A stretch of 64,000 nucleotides of DNA from Terriglobia bacterium (GTDB lineage Bacteria; Acidobacteriota; Terriglobia; 2-12-FULL-54-10). The notes beneath the pieces are model-generated. The model saw nothing but the letters and a program-made list of their open reading frames with translations, had not been told where the DNA came from and did not search any database. Both the position numbers and the translations under genes were made by a program. Location of the stretch: positions 96,001-160,000 of the forward strand of contig CAXVYR010000003.1 in assembly GCA_963666975.2 (NCBI GenBank), read 5' to 3'. How positions within the stretch are numbered: position 1 is the stretch's first letter; each line of letters begins with the position of its first letter. Positions 52,689 to 62,704 of this stretch are shown here, one piece after another.

Positions 52689-53765
52689 ATGCCGCGACAA
52701 AAGGAAATTCGCTGGTCCCAATTGAAGGTAGGAATCTTGACCCTGGCGAGCCTGGTGGTGCTCGCGGCCGCCATTTTTTTGATTACTGGCCAGACGGGAT
52801 TCTTCGCGAGCACGATGTTAATTCGGACCTATCTACGGGATGCCGCCGGGTTAAAGAGCGGAGCTCCGGTCCGGCTGGCTGGTGTGGATGTGGGAAACGT
52901 CACCCAAATCAGCTTTACTGGCAGCCCCGATTTGTCCCAATCGATCGAGATCGTCATGGAGATCAACCAAAGGTACGAGGGCAACCTCCGCAGCGATTCG
53001 GATGCTTCCTTGGCGGCTGAAGGCCTGCTGGGACAGCGATATATCAACATTTCCCCGGGCAGACCCGAAAATCCCCCGGTGGGGCCGGACGGAATCATTC
53101 CGTTTCGCGAGACTCCCGAGTTCAGCGAGCTGGTGGGGGGCAGCCGAGATTTGCTGGATAACCTGAATGTGCTGATAGCCAAATTGAACGCAATTATCGA
53201 AACGGTCGAATCGGGAGAAGGGTCGATTGGAAAGCTGATCTACGATGACAGCTTCTATAACCGCCTGGACGCCATCGCAAGAGGTGGGGAGGGTCTTTTT
53301 TCCAGCGTTACGTCCGGCAAGGGAACCCTGGGACGCCTGCTCAGTTCCGAGGAGCTTTATGATAACGCCACTGCGGCTGTGGCCAAGCTGGAGGACGTGC
53401 TTGAGAAAATTGAAAGCGGCGAGGGCACTCTCGCGAAACTGATCCACGATCCATCGCTCTATCAGAATGCGGATCAGATGGTCTCGCGCGCTTCTTTGAT
53501 GATGGACAACGTCAACAAGGGAGAGGGCACCTTGGGCAAGCTGGCGAGGGAAGAGGAACTCTATCAGCGGCTGAACAGCGCCGTCGCGGGATTGGATGAG
53601 GTCCTTACCGGGTTGCGAAACGGCGAAGGGTCGGTTGGCCGCCTGCTACACGACCCTAGCCTCTACAGCAACTTGAATTCCACCAGCGAGGAGGTCCGGA
53701 CTCTGATAGCCGATTTCCGGCGCAACCCGAAAAAATTTCTTACCATCCAATTCAAGATTTTTTAA
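52689..53765 (+). CDS. mlaD: MlaD/MCE-family protein with long helical tail
   Basis: N-terminal TM, AAGLKSGAPVRLAGVDVGNV, GLLG.RYI, repeated GEG(S/T)LGKL..D..LY. Confidence 0.9.
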   Translation: MPRQKEIRWSQLKVGILTLASLVVLAAAIFLITGQTGFFASTMLIRTYLRDAAGLKSGAPVRLAGVDVGNVTQISFTGSPDLSQSIEIVMEINQRYEGNLRSDSDASLAAEGLLGQRYINISPGRPENPPVGPDGIIPFRETPEFSELVGGSRDLLDNLNVLIAKLNAIIETVESGEGSIGKLIYDDSFYNRLDAIARGGEGLFSSVTSGKGTLGRLLSSEELYDNATAAVAKLEDVLEKIESGEGTLAKLIHDPSLYQNADQMVSRASLMMDNVNKGEGTLGKLAREEELYQRLNSAVAGLDEVLTGLRNGEGSVGRLLHDPSLYSNLNSTSEEVRTLIADFRRNPKKFLTIQFKIF

Positions 53766-53841
53766 CGATGGCAAGCTGGCGAGCCACAGACGCCTGACGA
53801 GGCGGCTCATCGATGGAACTGTTCGGGTAAGGAACTTATGA

Positions 53842-53871
53842 TTGACAACTCGTCCGCTGTCCCTTTACGAT
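53842..53871 (+). promoter_or_regulatory. Putative sigma70 promoter of a small intergenic transcript
   Basis: TTGACA-18 bp-TACGAT. Confidence 0.5.
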
Positions 53872-53877
53872 GCTTTT

Positions 53878-54111
53878 ATCACTGGAAAGGAGGTGTCCAA
53901 TTTGACAGAAGATTATAGACCGAGTGAGGTGGCTGAGGCTTAGGCGCTCGGCTCTTGAGCTAACAGGGTGTTCCCGGAACGTGCGGGGAACCCAGCTCGT
54001 GTTGCGATGTCGCCACCTGCAGGTGTTGCTCTCATGAGTTGACCGCCTCAGGCAAATCTCAACAGCATGCCGAAAACGGGGGGAGCCGGAATGGCTCCCC
54101 GTTTTCTTTTT
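53878..54111 (+). ncRNA. Candidate structured small RNA containing a strong SD and a 13-codon mini-ORF (53902-53943)
   Basis: Bounded by a promoter and a terminator; several complementary segments; family not recognised. Confidence 0.45.
54072..54111. terminator. Intrinsic (probably bidirectional) terminator
   Basis: GAAAACGGGGGAGCC-GGAAT-GGCTCCCCGTTTTC plus T-run. Confidence 0.85.
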
Positions 54112-54161
54112 CAGGAACAAAAAAATTGCCCGGATTTGGATCGTTCCATGGGGTGAGAGAT

Positions 54162-54629
54162 TCATTCTGCGGCTGGAGCGGGCGGGGATTGCAAAACAAG
54201 AAACGCTTTTTCGATCACTCGCAGTGTCTCCGGGCGCAGGCCGTACTGAGGGATCTCCGGACGGCTTACCCAGCGCGTCTCGGTGACGTCGGTTGCGGCC
54301 TCCAGCCGCCCGCCTTCGGACCGGCAGAGAAAATCCACCAGGACATAATGAAAGCGAACCCGGCCCTGCTCGTCGCGTACGATCCGGTCCAACACTTCTA
54401 CGATTTCTTCCACCCGAACCGCCAGGCCGGTCTCTTCCAGGATTTCCCGGCGAACGGCTTCCTGCAATTTTTCGCCGGCCTGAACCGCTCCGCCGGGAAG
54501 GGACCATTCCCCCAGGTTGGGTTCTGTGCCGCGCCGCACCAATAGAACGTTGCTGTGATCCGGATTTTGATCCAGGATGATGGCTCCGACGCCGACAATG
54601 GGCCGTTCGGGATATTCACGGGTTGCCAC
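54162..54629 (-). CDS. NUDIX hydrolase
   Basis: REYPERPIVGVGA, WSLPGG.VQAGE...AVRREILEETG Nudix box. Confidence 0.92.
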   Translation of the reverse strand: MATREYPERPIVGVGAIILDQNPDHSNVLLVRRGTEPNLGEWSLPGGAVQAGEKLQEAVRREILEETGLAVRVEEIVEVLDRIVRDEQGRVRFHYVLVDFLCRSEGGRLEAATDVTETRWVSRPEIPQYGLRPETLRVIEKAFLVLQSPPAPAAE

Positions 54630-54953
54630 TTCGCAATGCCTCCAGCTAGCCGCTGCATTCACCCTTGGCTGTTTCCGAGGCAGGGATTTTCTGCCGGCCG
54701 CTTCCGCTGAAGATTCCATACTATCAAAAGTTGCGCTCGGAATCGGGGCAGCAAAAGTAATATCGGCGTGCAGTGTCGGGGAAATGATCCTTGCGGCGAG
54801 TTGCCTGCATTGCCTCCTCCTGCCGCGGGCCGATATTTCTGCCTTGCCAAGGTGAGCCGGGATAATATAGTTTTTCCTGTAGAGGTTTAATCGTTGGGGT
54901 GGGTTGAACGCATATTTTCAGGGAACTCGTTCAGCCTGACAAAAGGAGGTTGT

Positions 54954-55166
54954 ATGCCGCACTGTCCAGAATGTGATGCTCTGGTGGATGTTGATCAAGA
55001 TGAAGTGGAAGAGGGTCAATTGCTAAGCTGCCCGGAGTGCGGAGTGGATTTGGAGATCGTCAGCACCAACCCGCTGCAGGTGGAGTTGGTGGAAGAAGAA
55101 GAGGAGTTGGATGAAGAGGAAGAGGATAGGGAGGAGGATGAGGATGAGGATGATGAGGAGGAATAG
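54954..55166 (+). CDS. LysW-like zinc-ribbon protein with acidic tail
   Basis: CPECD..CPECGVDLEIVSTNP; RBS AGGAGG; no terminal EDWGE. Confidence 0.75.
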   Translation: MPHCPECDALVDVDQDEVEEGQLLSCPECGVDLEIVSTNPLQVELVEEEEELDEEEEDREEDEDEDDEEE

Positions 55167-55236
55167 TCACCTTACATTCTTTTCGGCTTTCTATAGGCGT
55201 GCCGGGAAGTCACAGCAAGAGCCGCCGCCGGTTTCG

Positions 55237-55674
55237 TTGCGCACAAACCGCCCGTCCATTCCTGTTCTGACAGCACTTCTACCGATCCTATTTAGCCTGG
55301 GATTAGCTGCACAAACCGGCCAGGACTTTGCGGAGCAGGGAGCGCTGCGGGTTGCCCGGCTCCAGGCTCGTTCCCCAAAGGCCGAAAGAGAAGAGGACGG
55401 GAACGGGCAGAAAAGCGTATTGGGGCAAGTGGTCAACACGGAGGGGGAGAGCTTGGCCCGGGCCGTCGTTTACCTCAAGAACAAAAGGAGTGAGGAGGTA
55501 ACGACGCACATCAGCAATGACCGGGGTGACTTCCGCTTCCGGGGTCTGAACCCGAACGTGGACTACGAGGTGCATGCGGAATTCAACGGAGGATCAAGCC
55601 TCACACGCAGCGTCAGTTTGTTTGACAGCCGCCAGGAAATTTACCTCGTTCTGGAAATTGACACCTCAAAATAA
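55237..55674 (+). CDS. Exported carboxypeptidase-regulatory-like domain protein
   Basis: Signal peptide; SVLGQVVN.EGE.L..AVVYL..G.FRF.GL..DYEV.AE; start uncertain. Confidence 0.7.
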   Translation: MRTNRPSIPVLTALLPILFSLGLAAQTGQDFAEQGALRVARLQARSPKAEREEDGNGQKSVLGQVVNTEGESLARAVVYLKNKRSEEVTTHISNDRGDFRFRGLNPNVDYEVHAEFNGGSSLTRSVSLFDSRQEIYLVLEIDTSK

Positions 55675-55815
55675 GCCTCTGCCTATTGCTTGCAGAGCGC
55701 ACGGTTTTTTTCAAACCCGGCGAACCGCTCTCGCAGTTCTGCGCCTGCTGCAGCAGTTTCACTGCGGCCATGCTATACTGTCACTGTTCAATACAATGCA
55801 ATCCATCGAGTGCAT

Positions 55816-56565
55816 ATGAAATTCGGAGTGGTGGTCTTTCCGGGCAGCAACTGTGACCACGATGCCTTTTACGCTGTAGAGCGCGTCCTCGGAGAGCAGG
55901 CCGCCTTCCTGTGGCATGAGTCGGAAGAACTCAACGGCTGTGACGTCGTCATTCTTCCTGGCGGATTTTCCTACGGCGATTACCTGCGGACAGGGGCCAT
56001 AGCTCGTTTTGCGCCCATCATCGGCGCTGTGAAGAAGTTTGCCGGCCGGGGCGGTCTTGTGCTGGGCATCTGCAATGGTTTTCAGACTCTGATGGAAGCA
56101 GGTCTGCTGCCCGGCGCGATGCTCCGCAACCGCGGGCTGAAGTTTATTTGCCGCCCGGTTCACCTCCGGGTGGAGAATGCGGAAACGGTTTTCACCCATG
56201 CCTGCTCTCCCGGGCAGGTTTTGAACCTTCCCATCGCTCATATGGACGGGAATTACTACGCCGATCCAGCGACCCTGGAAGCTTTGGAAGCTGCCGGACA
56301 GGTGGTGTTTCGCTACTGCCAGCCGGACGGCGCGGTTTCCGATGACGCGAATCCCAACGGGTCCATTCACAACATTGCAGGAATCATCAACCGGGGCGGA
56401 AACGTTTTGGGAATGATGCCTCACCCGGAGCGGGCCAGCGAGCTTTTACTGGGCTCCGCCGATGGCTGTTTGCTTTTCCAGTCTTTGGTCCAATCCCTCC
56501 GTCGCGGGCTGGGAGCAGGACAGATCGCCTCCGGGCCGGCTATGGCGGCAACGCAACCCCGTTGA
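55816..56565 (+). CDS. purQ: FGAM synthase glutaminase subunit
   Basis: [37 protein letters not shown]. Confidence 0.97.
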   Translation: MKFGVVVFPGSNCDHDAFYAVERVLGEQAAFLWHESEELNGCDVVILPGGFSYGDYLRTGAIARFAPIIGAVKKFAGRGGLVLGICNGFQTLMEAGLLPGAMLRNRGLKFICRPVHLRVENAETVFTHACSPGQVLNLPIAHMDGNYYADPATLEALEAAGQVVFRYCQPDGAVSDDANPNGSIHNIAGIINRGGNVLGMMPHPERASELLLGSADGCLLFQSLVQSLRRGLGAGQIASGPAMAATQPR

Positions 56566-56583
56566 TGCTTCAGGATAGGTTCC

Positions 56584-58890
56584 TTGCCTGAAATCACTGC
56601 CCAACTCATCGAACAACATCAACTGACTCGGGAAGAGTACGAGAAGATTTTGGAGATCCTGGGCCGGGAACCCACGATGACCGAGCTGGGAATCTTCAGC
56701 GTGATGTGGAGCGAGCATTGCAGCTACAAGAGCTCGCGTCCGCACCTGAAACGATTTCCCACCCAAGGGCAGGGCGTTTTGCAAGGTCCGGGAGAAAACG
56801 CCGGGGTGGTGGAGATCGGCGATGACTGGGTCTGCGTTTTTAAGATCGAGTCTCATAATCACCCCAGTTTCGTTGAACCCTTTCAGGGCGCGGCCACTGG
56901 CGTGGGTGGAATCCTGCGGGACATCTTTACCATGGGAGCCCGGCCTGTCGCCGTAATGGATTCTCTCCGTTTTGGACCGGTGGCTGAGGCGCCGGAGTTT
57001 TCTCCCGATGGCACGGCAAGCATTCATTTGGACCAGAATCGCCGCATTCTGCGCGGGGTAGTCAGCGGCATCGCCCATTACGGGAATTGTTTCGGCGTGC
57101 CGACGGTGGGCGGCGAAGCTGTGTTTGAGCCTTGCTACCAGAACAATCCCCTGGTCAACGTCTTTGCGCTGGGGCTGGCTAGAAAGGATCAGATTTTCTA
57201 CGGACGCGCCAGCGGACCGGGAAACCCTGTCCTTTATGTGGGGGCCAAAACCGGCAGAGATGGCATTCACGGGGCCTCCTTGCTGGCGTCCGCCGAGTTT
57301 TCCGGAATCGACGGCCAGCAGAAACGTCCGAACGTGCAGGTCGGCGACCCATTTTTGGAAAAACTGCTGCTGGAAGCTTGCTTGGAGGTGATGCAGACCG
57401 GAGCCATCGTGGGAATTCAGGACATGGGTGCGGCCGGGCTGACCTGCTCCACCTGTGAAACGGGAAGCCGGGCTGGCACCGGCATGGAAATTGAGCTGGA
57501 CAAGGTTCCTCAACGCGAGTCCGGCATGTCGCCGTACGAGATTCTGCTCAGCGAATCTCAGGAGCGCATGTTGCTGGTGGCCCAGCGGGGGCGGGAGCAG
57601 GAAGTGGTTCAGGTGTTTCAGAAATGGGGCCTGGATGCGATTGAGATCGGCGCCGTGACGGAGCAGCCCACTTTGCGGGTGAAGCAACATGGAGAGGTTG
57701 TTGCCGAGATTCCCAACCGGCCGTTGACCGACGATGCACCCGTTTATCATCGCCCCTGGGCCGAACCGAAGCGCAGGGTTCCCATGGAGCCGCCTGTTCC
57801 GTTGGCTTCCCGGAATGGAGATGAACTCCGGGAAGATCTGATGAAGCTGTTGGGATCGCCTGCCACCGCTTCCAAGCGATGGATCACGGAGCAATACGAC
57901 AGTATGGTCCGCACCAATACGGTGATCGGACCGGGGGCCGATGCCGCTCTGATACGGGTCAAGGAGACCTCCCAGGGCTTGAGTATGTCTCTCGACGGCA
58001 ATGGCCGCTATTGTTTCCTGGACCCGAGGCGCGGCGCCCGCCTGGCAGTGGCCGAGAGCGCGCGCAACGTCAGCGTCACGGGAGCGCAACCGCTTGCGGC
58101 TACGAATTGTTTAAACTTCGGCAACCCGGAAAAGCCGGCGATCTTGTGGCAGTTTCGGGAGGTTGTGGAGGGAATAGCCGAAGCCTGCGAGGCCCTCTCC
58201 ATCCCCATCACAGGTGGCAACGTAAGCTTTTATAACGAGACGGAAGGCAAGCCCATCTACCCCACTCCGGTGCTGGGTGTGGTCGGCGTTCTGCAGGATG
58301 TGGAACGCCATGCCACCTTATCTTTTAAGAACTCCGGCCGGGAAATCTGGCTCCTCGGCAATGCACAAGGTGCCCAGGACAACAAAGCTGCCCATGACGA
58401 TTTCGCAACGGTTTTTGGCTCCTCCCTCTATGCCCAGATGATCTTGGGCGCTCTGTGGGGGCTGCCCCCGGCCGTGGACCTAGATTATGAGCGGCGGGTG
58501 CAAGCCTGTTGCCGCCGGTTGATCGCGGAAGGGTTGGTGGAATCGGCCCATGATGTCAGCGAGGGCGGCTTGGCAGTGGCGATGGCGGAGTGTTGCCTGT
58601 CGGGAAACATCGGCGCCACGGTAAACCTCCCGCCGGGCGGCAACCCTCTGGAATTGCTTTTCGCGGAGGACCCCTCCCGCATTGTGGTTTCCGTTCCGGT
58701 GAAATCGCTTGCGGAGGTCAGCCGGATTGCCTCAGAATATGATGTAAGCGCGGGAGCAATCGGGACGACCGGTGGATCGGCACTGAAAGTTTGCGAACAG
58801 GGAAAAGTTCTCTGGGAAGCTTCTCTTTCTCTCATGCGCCATCCTTTCGAGACGGCGCTCGAACAAGCCTTGGAGAAAGTCTCCGCTTAG
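56584..58890 (+). CDS. purL: FGAM synthase subunit PurL (small type)
   Basis: [42 protein letters not shown]. Confidence 0.97.
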   Translation: MPEITAQLIEQHQLTREEYEKILEILGREPTMTELGIFSVMWSEHCSYKSSRPHLKRFPTQGQGVLQGPGENAGVVEIGDDWVCVFKIESHNHPSFVEPFQGAATGVGGILRDIFTMGARPVAVMDSLRFGPVAEAPEFSPDGTASIHLDQNRRILRGVVSGIAHYGNCFGVPTVGGEAVFEPCYQNNPLVNVFALGLARKDQIFYGRASGPGNPVLYVGAKTGRDGIHGASLLASAEFSGIDGQQKRPNVQVGDPFLEKLLLEACLEVMQTGAIVGIQDMGAAGLTCSTCETGSRAGTGMEIELDKVPQRESGMSPYEILLSESQERMLLVAQRGREQEVVQVFQKWGLDAIEIGAVTEQPTLRVKQHGEVVAEIPNRPLTDDAPVYHRPWAEPKRRVPMEPPVPLASRNGDELREDLMKLLGSPATASKRWITEQYDSMVRTNTVIGPGADAALIRVKETSQGLSMSLDGNGRYCFLDPRRGARLAVAESARNVSVTGAQPLAATNCLNFGNPEKPAILWQFREVVEGIAEACEALSIPITGGNVSFYNETEGKPIYPTPVLGVVGVLQDVERHATLSFKNSGREIWLLGNAQGAQDNKAAHDDFATVFGSSLYAQMILGALWGLPPAVDLDYERRVQACCRRLIAEGLVESAHDVSEGGLAVAMAECCLSGNIGATVNLPPGGNPLELLFAEDPSRIVVSVPVKSLAEVSRIASEYDVSAGAIGTTGGSALKVCEQGKVLWEASLSLMRHPFETALEQALEKVSA

Positions 58891-58956
58891 CCGCTGTGCC
58901 GTATCAGAAAACGCCGGCGGGAACGGACAGTTCCGATACAGGGAAGGATAGCATCA

Positions 58957-60390
58957 ATGGACGATAAATTTCACGACGAATGTGGAGTCTTCGCCATTTA
59001 CGGCCACCCGGAAGCCGCCAAGCTTGCCTACCTGGGTCTGTACGCCCAGCAGCATCGGGGACAGGAGAGCGCAGGGATCGTCTCCGGCAACGGCAGAAAG
59101 ATTTACCCCCATAAAGGCATGGGGCACGTCAGCGAGGTCTTTACAGAGGGCGTCCTGAAGAGGCTTCGCGGATGGCTGGCGATCGGTCATACGCGCTACT
59201 CCACTGCCGGTGATACGGTGCTGCTGAATGCGCAACCGCTTACGGTGGGCTGCAACAAAGGATTAATCTCGGTCGCCCACAACGGAAACCTCACCAACGC
59301 CCGGCAACTGCGCAAGCGTTTGGAAGAAACCGGCTCCATTTTTCAAACCACCAGCGATACCGAGGTCGTCGTCCATCTCCTGGCCCGTTCCGCCAAAAAG
59401 AATTTCCAGGAGGCTTTGGCGGAAGCCCTTTTGCAGGTGGAGGGAGCCTACTCGCTGGTGCTGTTGCACGGCGACCAACTTTACGTGGTTCGCGACCCTC
59501 ACGGTTTTCGCCCTTTGGCGATCGGTCTTCTGCCTCGTTCGGAGAGCCTTCCGTCCGGCGCGCATTCCGGCAAAGACGAGGCCTATGTTTTTGCCTCCGA
59601 GACGTGTGCTTTTGACCTGATCGGCGCACGCTACTGGGGAGAGGTGAATCCTGGCGAAATTGTGCGCGTGGACTCGGAAGGCATCCACACGGCTCGTTTT
59701 GCCGCCGAGGCCCCGCACGCGTTTTGCATTTTCGAGCACGTTTACTTTGCCCGGCCTGACAGCCAGGTCTTTGGGCGTTCTGTCCACCGTTCGCGAGAGG
59801 GCCTGGGAAGACGGCTGGCGCGGGAGGCTCCCGCCGATGTGGACCTCGTCGTTCCGGTTCCGGATTCCGGCGTGGCCGCTGCCATCGGCTATTCGGCTGA
59901 ATCCGGGCTGCCCTTCAAGTTTGCTCTCATCCGCAACCATTATGTGGGCCGGACGTTCATTGAGCCGGAGCAAAACATCCGCGACTTCGGAGTCAAGCTG
60001 AAACTGAACCCGGTGCGCAGCCTTTTGGAAGGGCAGCGGGTGGTTCTGGTGGACGATTCGATTGTGCGGGGCACCACCAGCCGCAAAATTGTCCGCATTG
60101 TGCGAGAAGGAGGGGCTCGCGAGGTGCACGTCCGCATCAGTTGCCCCCCAACGGTTGCGCCCTGTTTTTACGGGATTGACACCCCCACGCAGAAGGAGCT
60201 GATCGGCTGGAACCATTCGGTGGAAGATATCCGGCAATACCTCGGAGCCGACAGCCTGGCATACCTCTCTCTGGACGGGTTGCGCCAGGCGGTTGGTGAT
60301 TCCGAGGGTGAGTTTTGCACGGCTTGCTATACGGGCCATTACCCCACGAAGCTTGCAACGATCCCGGCGGAAATCAGCAGCCGCCGATGA
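58957..60390 (+). CDS. purF: Amidophosphoribosyltransferase
   Basis: DKFHDECGVF, QHRGQESAG, HTRYST, VDDSIVRGTT, Fe-S cysteines. Confidence 0.97.
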   Translation: MDDKFHDECGVFAIYGHPEAAKLAYLGLYAQQHRGQESAGIVSGNGRKIYPHKGMGHVSEVFTEGVLKRLRGWLAIGHTRYSTAGDTVLLNAQPLTVGCNKGLISVAHNGNLTNARQLRKRLEETGSIFQTTSDTEVVVHLLARSAKKNFQEALAEALLQVEGAYSLVLLHGDQLYVVRDPHGFRPLAIGLLPRSESLPSGAHSGKDEAYVFASETCAFDLIGARYWGEVNPGEIVRVDSEGIHTARFAAEAPHAFCIFEHVYFARPDSQVFGRSVHRSREGLGRRLAREAPADVDLVVPVPDSGVAAAIGYSAESGLPFKFALIRNHYVGRTFIEPEQNIRDFGVKLKLNPVRSLLEGQRVVLVDDSIVRGTTSRKIVRIVREGGAREVHVRISCPPTVAPCFYGIDTPTQKELIGWNHSVEDIRQYLGADSLAYLSLDGLRQAVGDSEGEFCTACYTGHYPTKLATIPAEISSRR

Positions 60391-60463
60391 AGCAGCAATG
60401 ATGAATCAGCAATGGTGTAGCAGCCATGATGAAGCAGCGCCGATGAAGCAGCAATGAGGAAGC
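60386..60463. repeat. Degenerate tandem repeat GATGAAGCAGCAAT (about 5-6 copies)
   Basis: Read directly, between purF and purN. Confidence 0.7.
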
Positions 60464-60600
60464 GACAAGGATAACCCTTCCCGGCGCAGTCCTTCGCGCC
60501 CTGCAGAATGCTTCCGGGAATCGGCTGCGAGAAAGACTCCCATCTCGAAGCATGGAAATCCAAATGCAATTTACTGAGGGACCGGTGCAGAGGTAAAGCT

Positions 60601-61242
60601 ATGGAATCTTCTCATCCACCTCATCCACTCACCCAGCGCCTCGGGATTTTGCTGTCCGGGCGCGGCTCCAATTTTATCGCGATTGCCGACAACGTGGCAG
60701 CCGGCAAAATTCCCGCTGAAATCGCCGTGGTCCTCAGCAATCGTCCCGGCGCGCCCGGCCTGAAGGAGGCCGAGCGGCGCGGCCTGGACGCCCGCATGAT
60801 TCCTTCGCGCGGTTTGGAGCGGGAGCAATACGACCGCCAAGTGGTCGAGGTGCTGCGGGAGAAACAGGTGGATCTGGTTTGCCTGGCCGGCTTTATGCGC
60901 TTGCTCAGTCCCTACTTTGTCTCACAGTTTCCCAGCCGCATTCTCAATATACACCCCTCGCTGCTGCCTGCCTTTCCGGGTTTGGAGGCCCAGCGCCAGG
61001 CCTGGGAGCATGGCGTTCAGATTACGGGGTGTACGGTGCATTTTGTCGATGAGAACCTGGACGCGGGTCCCGTCGTTCTCCAGGCGGCTGTGCCTGTGCT
61101 CGAAGCCGATACGGTGGAAAGTCTTTCGGCCCGAATCCTGGAAGAGGAGCACCGCATCTACTCGGAAGCCATCTGCCGGGTGCTCTCCGGCTGTCTGCGC
61201 GTGGAGGGCCGCCGGGTGATCCGCGCTGGAGCTTCCGCCTAG
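60601..61242 (+). CDS. purN: Phosphoribosylglycinamide formyltransferase
   Basis: LLSGRGSN, LAGFMRLL, LNIHPSLLP.FPG, GCTVHFV..LDAGP. Confidence 0.97.
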   Translation: MESSHPPHPLTQRLGILLSGRGSNFIAIADNVAAGKIPAEIAVVLSNRPGAPGLKEAERRGLDARMIPSRGLEREQYDRQVVEVLREKQVDLVCLAGFMRLLSPYFVSQFPSRILNIHPSLLPAFPGLEAQRQAWEHGVQITGCTVHFVDENLDAGPVVLQAAVPVLEADTVESLSARILEEEHRIYSEAICRVLSGCLRVEGRRVIRAGASA

Positions 61243-61368
61243 CTGGCAGCACCGTCCGAATCGGATGATGAACCCCGCAGAGGATCATCCCACGTCACAG
61301 CACCCCTTTTCCAAAACCCCTCTAATTTGGTAAGCTGGATTTACTGTATATATGGAGGAGAAGAAGGT

Positions 61369-62136
61369 ATGAGGACATGGTTCACTTGCAATCTCCGGCG
61401 GCTGTTACCGCTGGTTTTCTTGGTTGCCTTTGGTCTGCCGGGTCAGGCTCAGGACCAAGCTGCTCTGGAACGGCAACTAACCGAGCGCGTGGACCAGCTC
61501 TATCAATTGTTTGTTTCCGGTGACTGGCGAGCGGTGGAACCTTTCGTCGCTGAGGAGTCCCAAGACATCTGGCTGGCTCAAGCTAAGAGCACCATCGACG
61601 CGTTTGAGATCAAAGAGGTAAAAGTCGCACCTGACGGCGAACGGGCCGACGTGACCGTGATGGTCACCTACCGCATTCCGCAAGCCCCCGGCGCGCCCGT
61701 CCACCAGCCACAGAAGAGCGAATGGCTCTTTCAGAACGGCAAGTGGGTTATCAAGCTGAAGCCCCCGCCTTCCATGTTGGAAATATTCAAAATGAGCGGA
61801 GCCCCGTCAAACCCTCCTGTATTGAAGGCGCCGCTCACGTTTGACCAAAACCCTGTGAGAATTCCACATCCGGAAGCGGGCTCCGAAGCAGTGGTAAAAG
61901 TCCCATTTCGAAATGTGACGTCTAACGTGGTGATGATTCAAGATTTGAGCACTAACTGTTCTTGTCTCCAAGCTCAGGTGGATCAAACAGTGGTTCGCCC
62001 GGATGGAAAGGGTATCCTCACGCTGACCTATCACCCCTCCACGAACCCCGCTACAGAGAGCCCTCTCAGTGTTCAAGCCATCCTCGCTCCGTCGACGTAC
62101 TTTTTGGACCTGCCTGTAATATTCAGCAACGAATAG
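61369..62136 (+). CDS. Exported hypothetical protein with C-terminal Ig-like (DUF1573-like) domain
   Basis: Signal peptide (..GQA|QD); F.N.T...I..LSTNCSCL..V.PDGKG.L.L.Y. Confidence 0.65.
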   Translation: MRTWFTCNLRRLLPLVFLVAFGLPGQAQDQAALERQLTERVDQLYQLFVSGDWRAVEPFVAEESQDIWLAQAKSTIDAFEIKEVKVAPDGERADVTVMVTYRIPQAPGAPVHQPQKSEWLFQNGKWVIKLKPPPSMLEIFKMSGAPSNPPVLKAPLTFDQNPVRIPHPEAGSEAVVKVPFRNVTSNVVMIQDLSTNCSCLQAQVDQTVVRPDGKGILTLTYHPSTNPATESPLSVQAILAPSTYFLDLPVIFSNE

Positions 62137-62200
62137 TCGGTAGGACAGGCATTCTTGCCTGTCTTCTAGACCAATTTCAGAGTTGTATAGAGTGTTTCAC

Positions 62201-62397
62201 AGCCCTGCAAGGGCGGCAGAATCTAGCCCAGGGCGTAAGCCCTGGGACAACAACGAGGACCGATATTACCCCAAGCCCCAGAGGGGCGAAAGACGCTCCG
62301 GCCTTCTTCTTTCGCCCCTTCCGGGGCTGATCCGGCGTGGCCTTTCCCACCCACGGCTGGCGCCGTGGGCTAAAGTCTTGCGCCCCTCTGGGGCTTC
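62201..62397. repeat. REPIN-like nested inverted repeats
   Basis: CCCAGGGCGTAAGCCCTGGG / CCCACGGCTGGCGCCGTGGG hairpins; AGCCCC..AGGGGCGAAAGA / TCTTTCGCCCC..GGGGCT. Confidence 0.7.
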
Positions 62398-62438
62398 ACG
62401 AGCGTTCTGGAAAGCTATACAGCAACTATGAATTTGCA

Positions 62439-62608
62439 CTAGAGCGGTTCTCGGGATAGTGTAGACCAAGGTTCACCGGAAGCCGAGCCAATCCGAGCCG
62501 CGCGCGTAAGCAAGCGGTCACAAAGGCTGGTCGATTGAGTTATTTTGGAACCGCTCCCTCACGGTCGCGGCTCGGACACGGTAGATAGCAACTGGAGAAT
62601 TGCTCTAG
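62439..62608. mobile_element. MITE-like element, copy 2 (inverted relative to copy 1)
   Basis: CTAG-bounded; CTAGAGCGGTTCTC...GAGAATTGCTCTAG. Confidence 0.7.
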
Positions 62609-62704
62609 GTAGCGATAGACGTCCACACCTGTCGTTTTGAGTACAGGCAGGGCAGGCATTCCCTTCGGCTTCGCTCAGGGCAAGCCTGCCTGTTCCTACT
62701 GCAC

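Noticed and set aside
56446-58089. Long antisense or alternate-frame ORFs (also 45320-46690, 26177-27304, 29029-30159, 14525-15556, 59263-60339)
   Set aside because: Shadows of well-supported genes in GC-rich DNA, with no recognisable motifs
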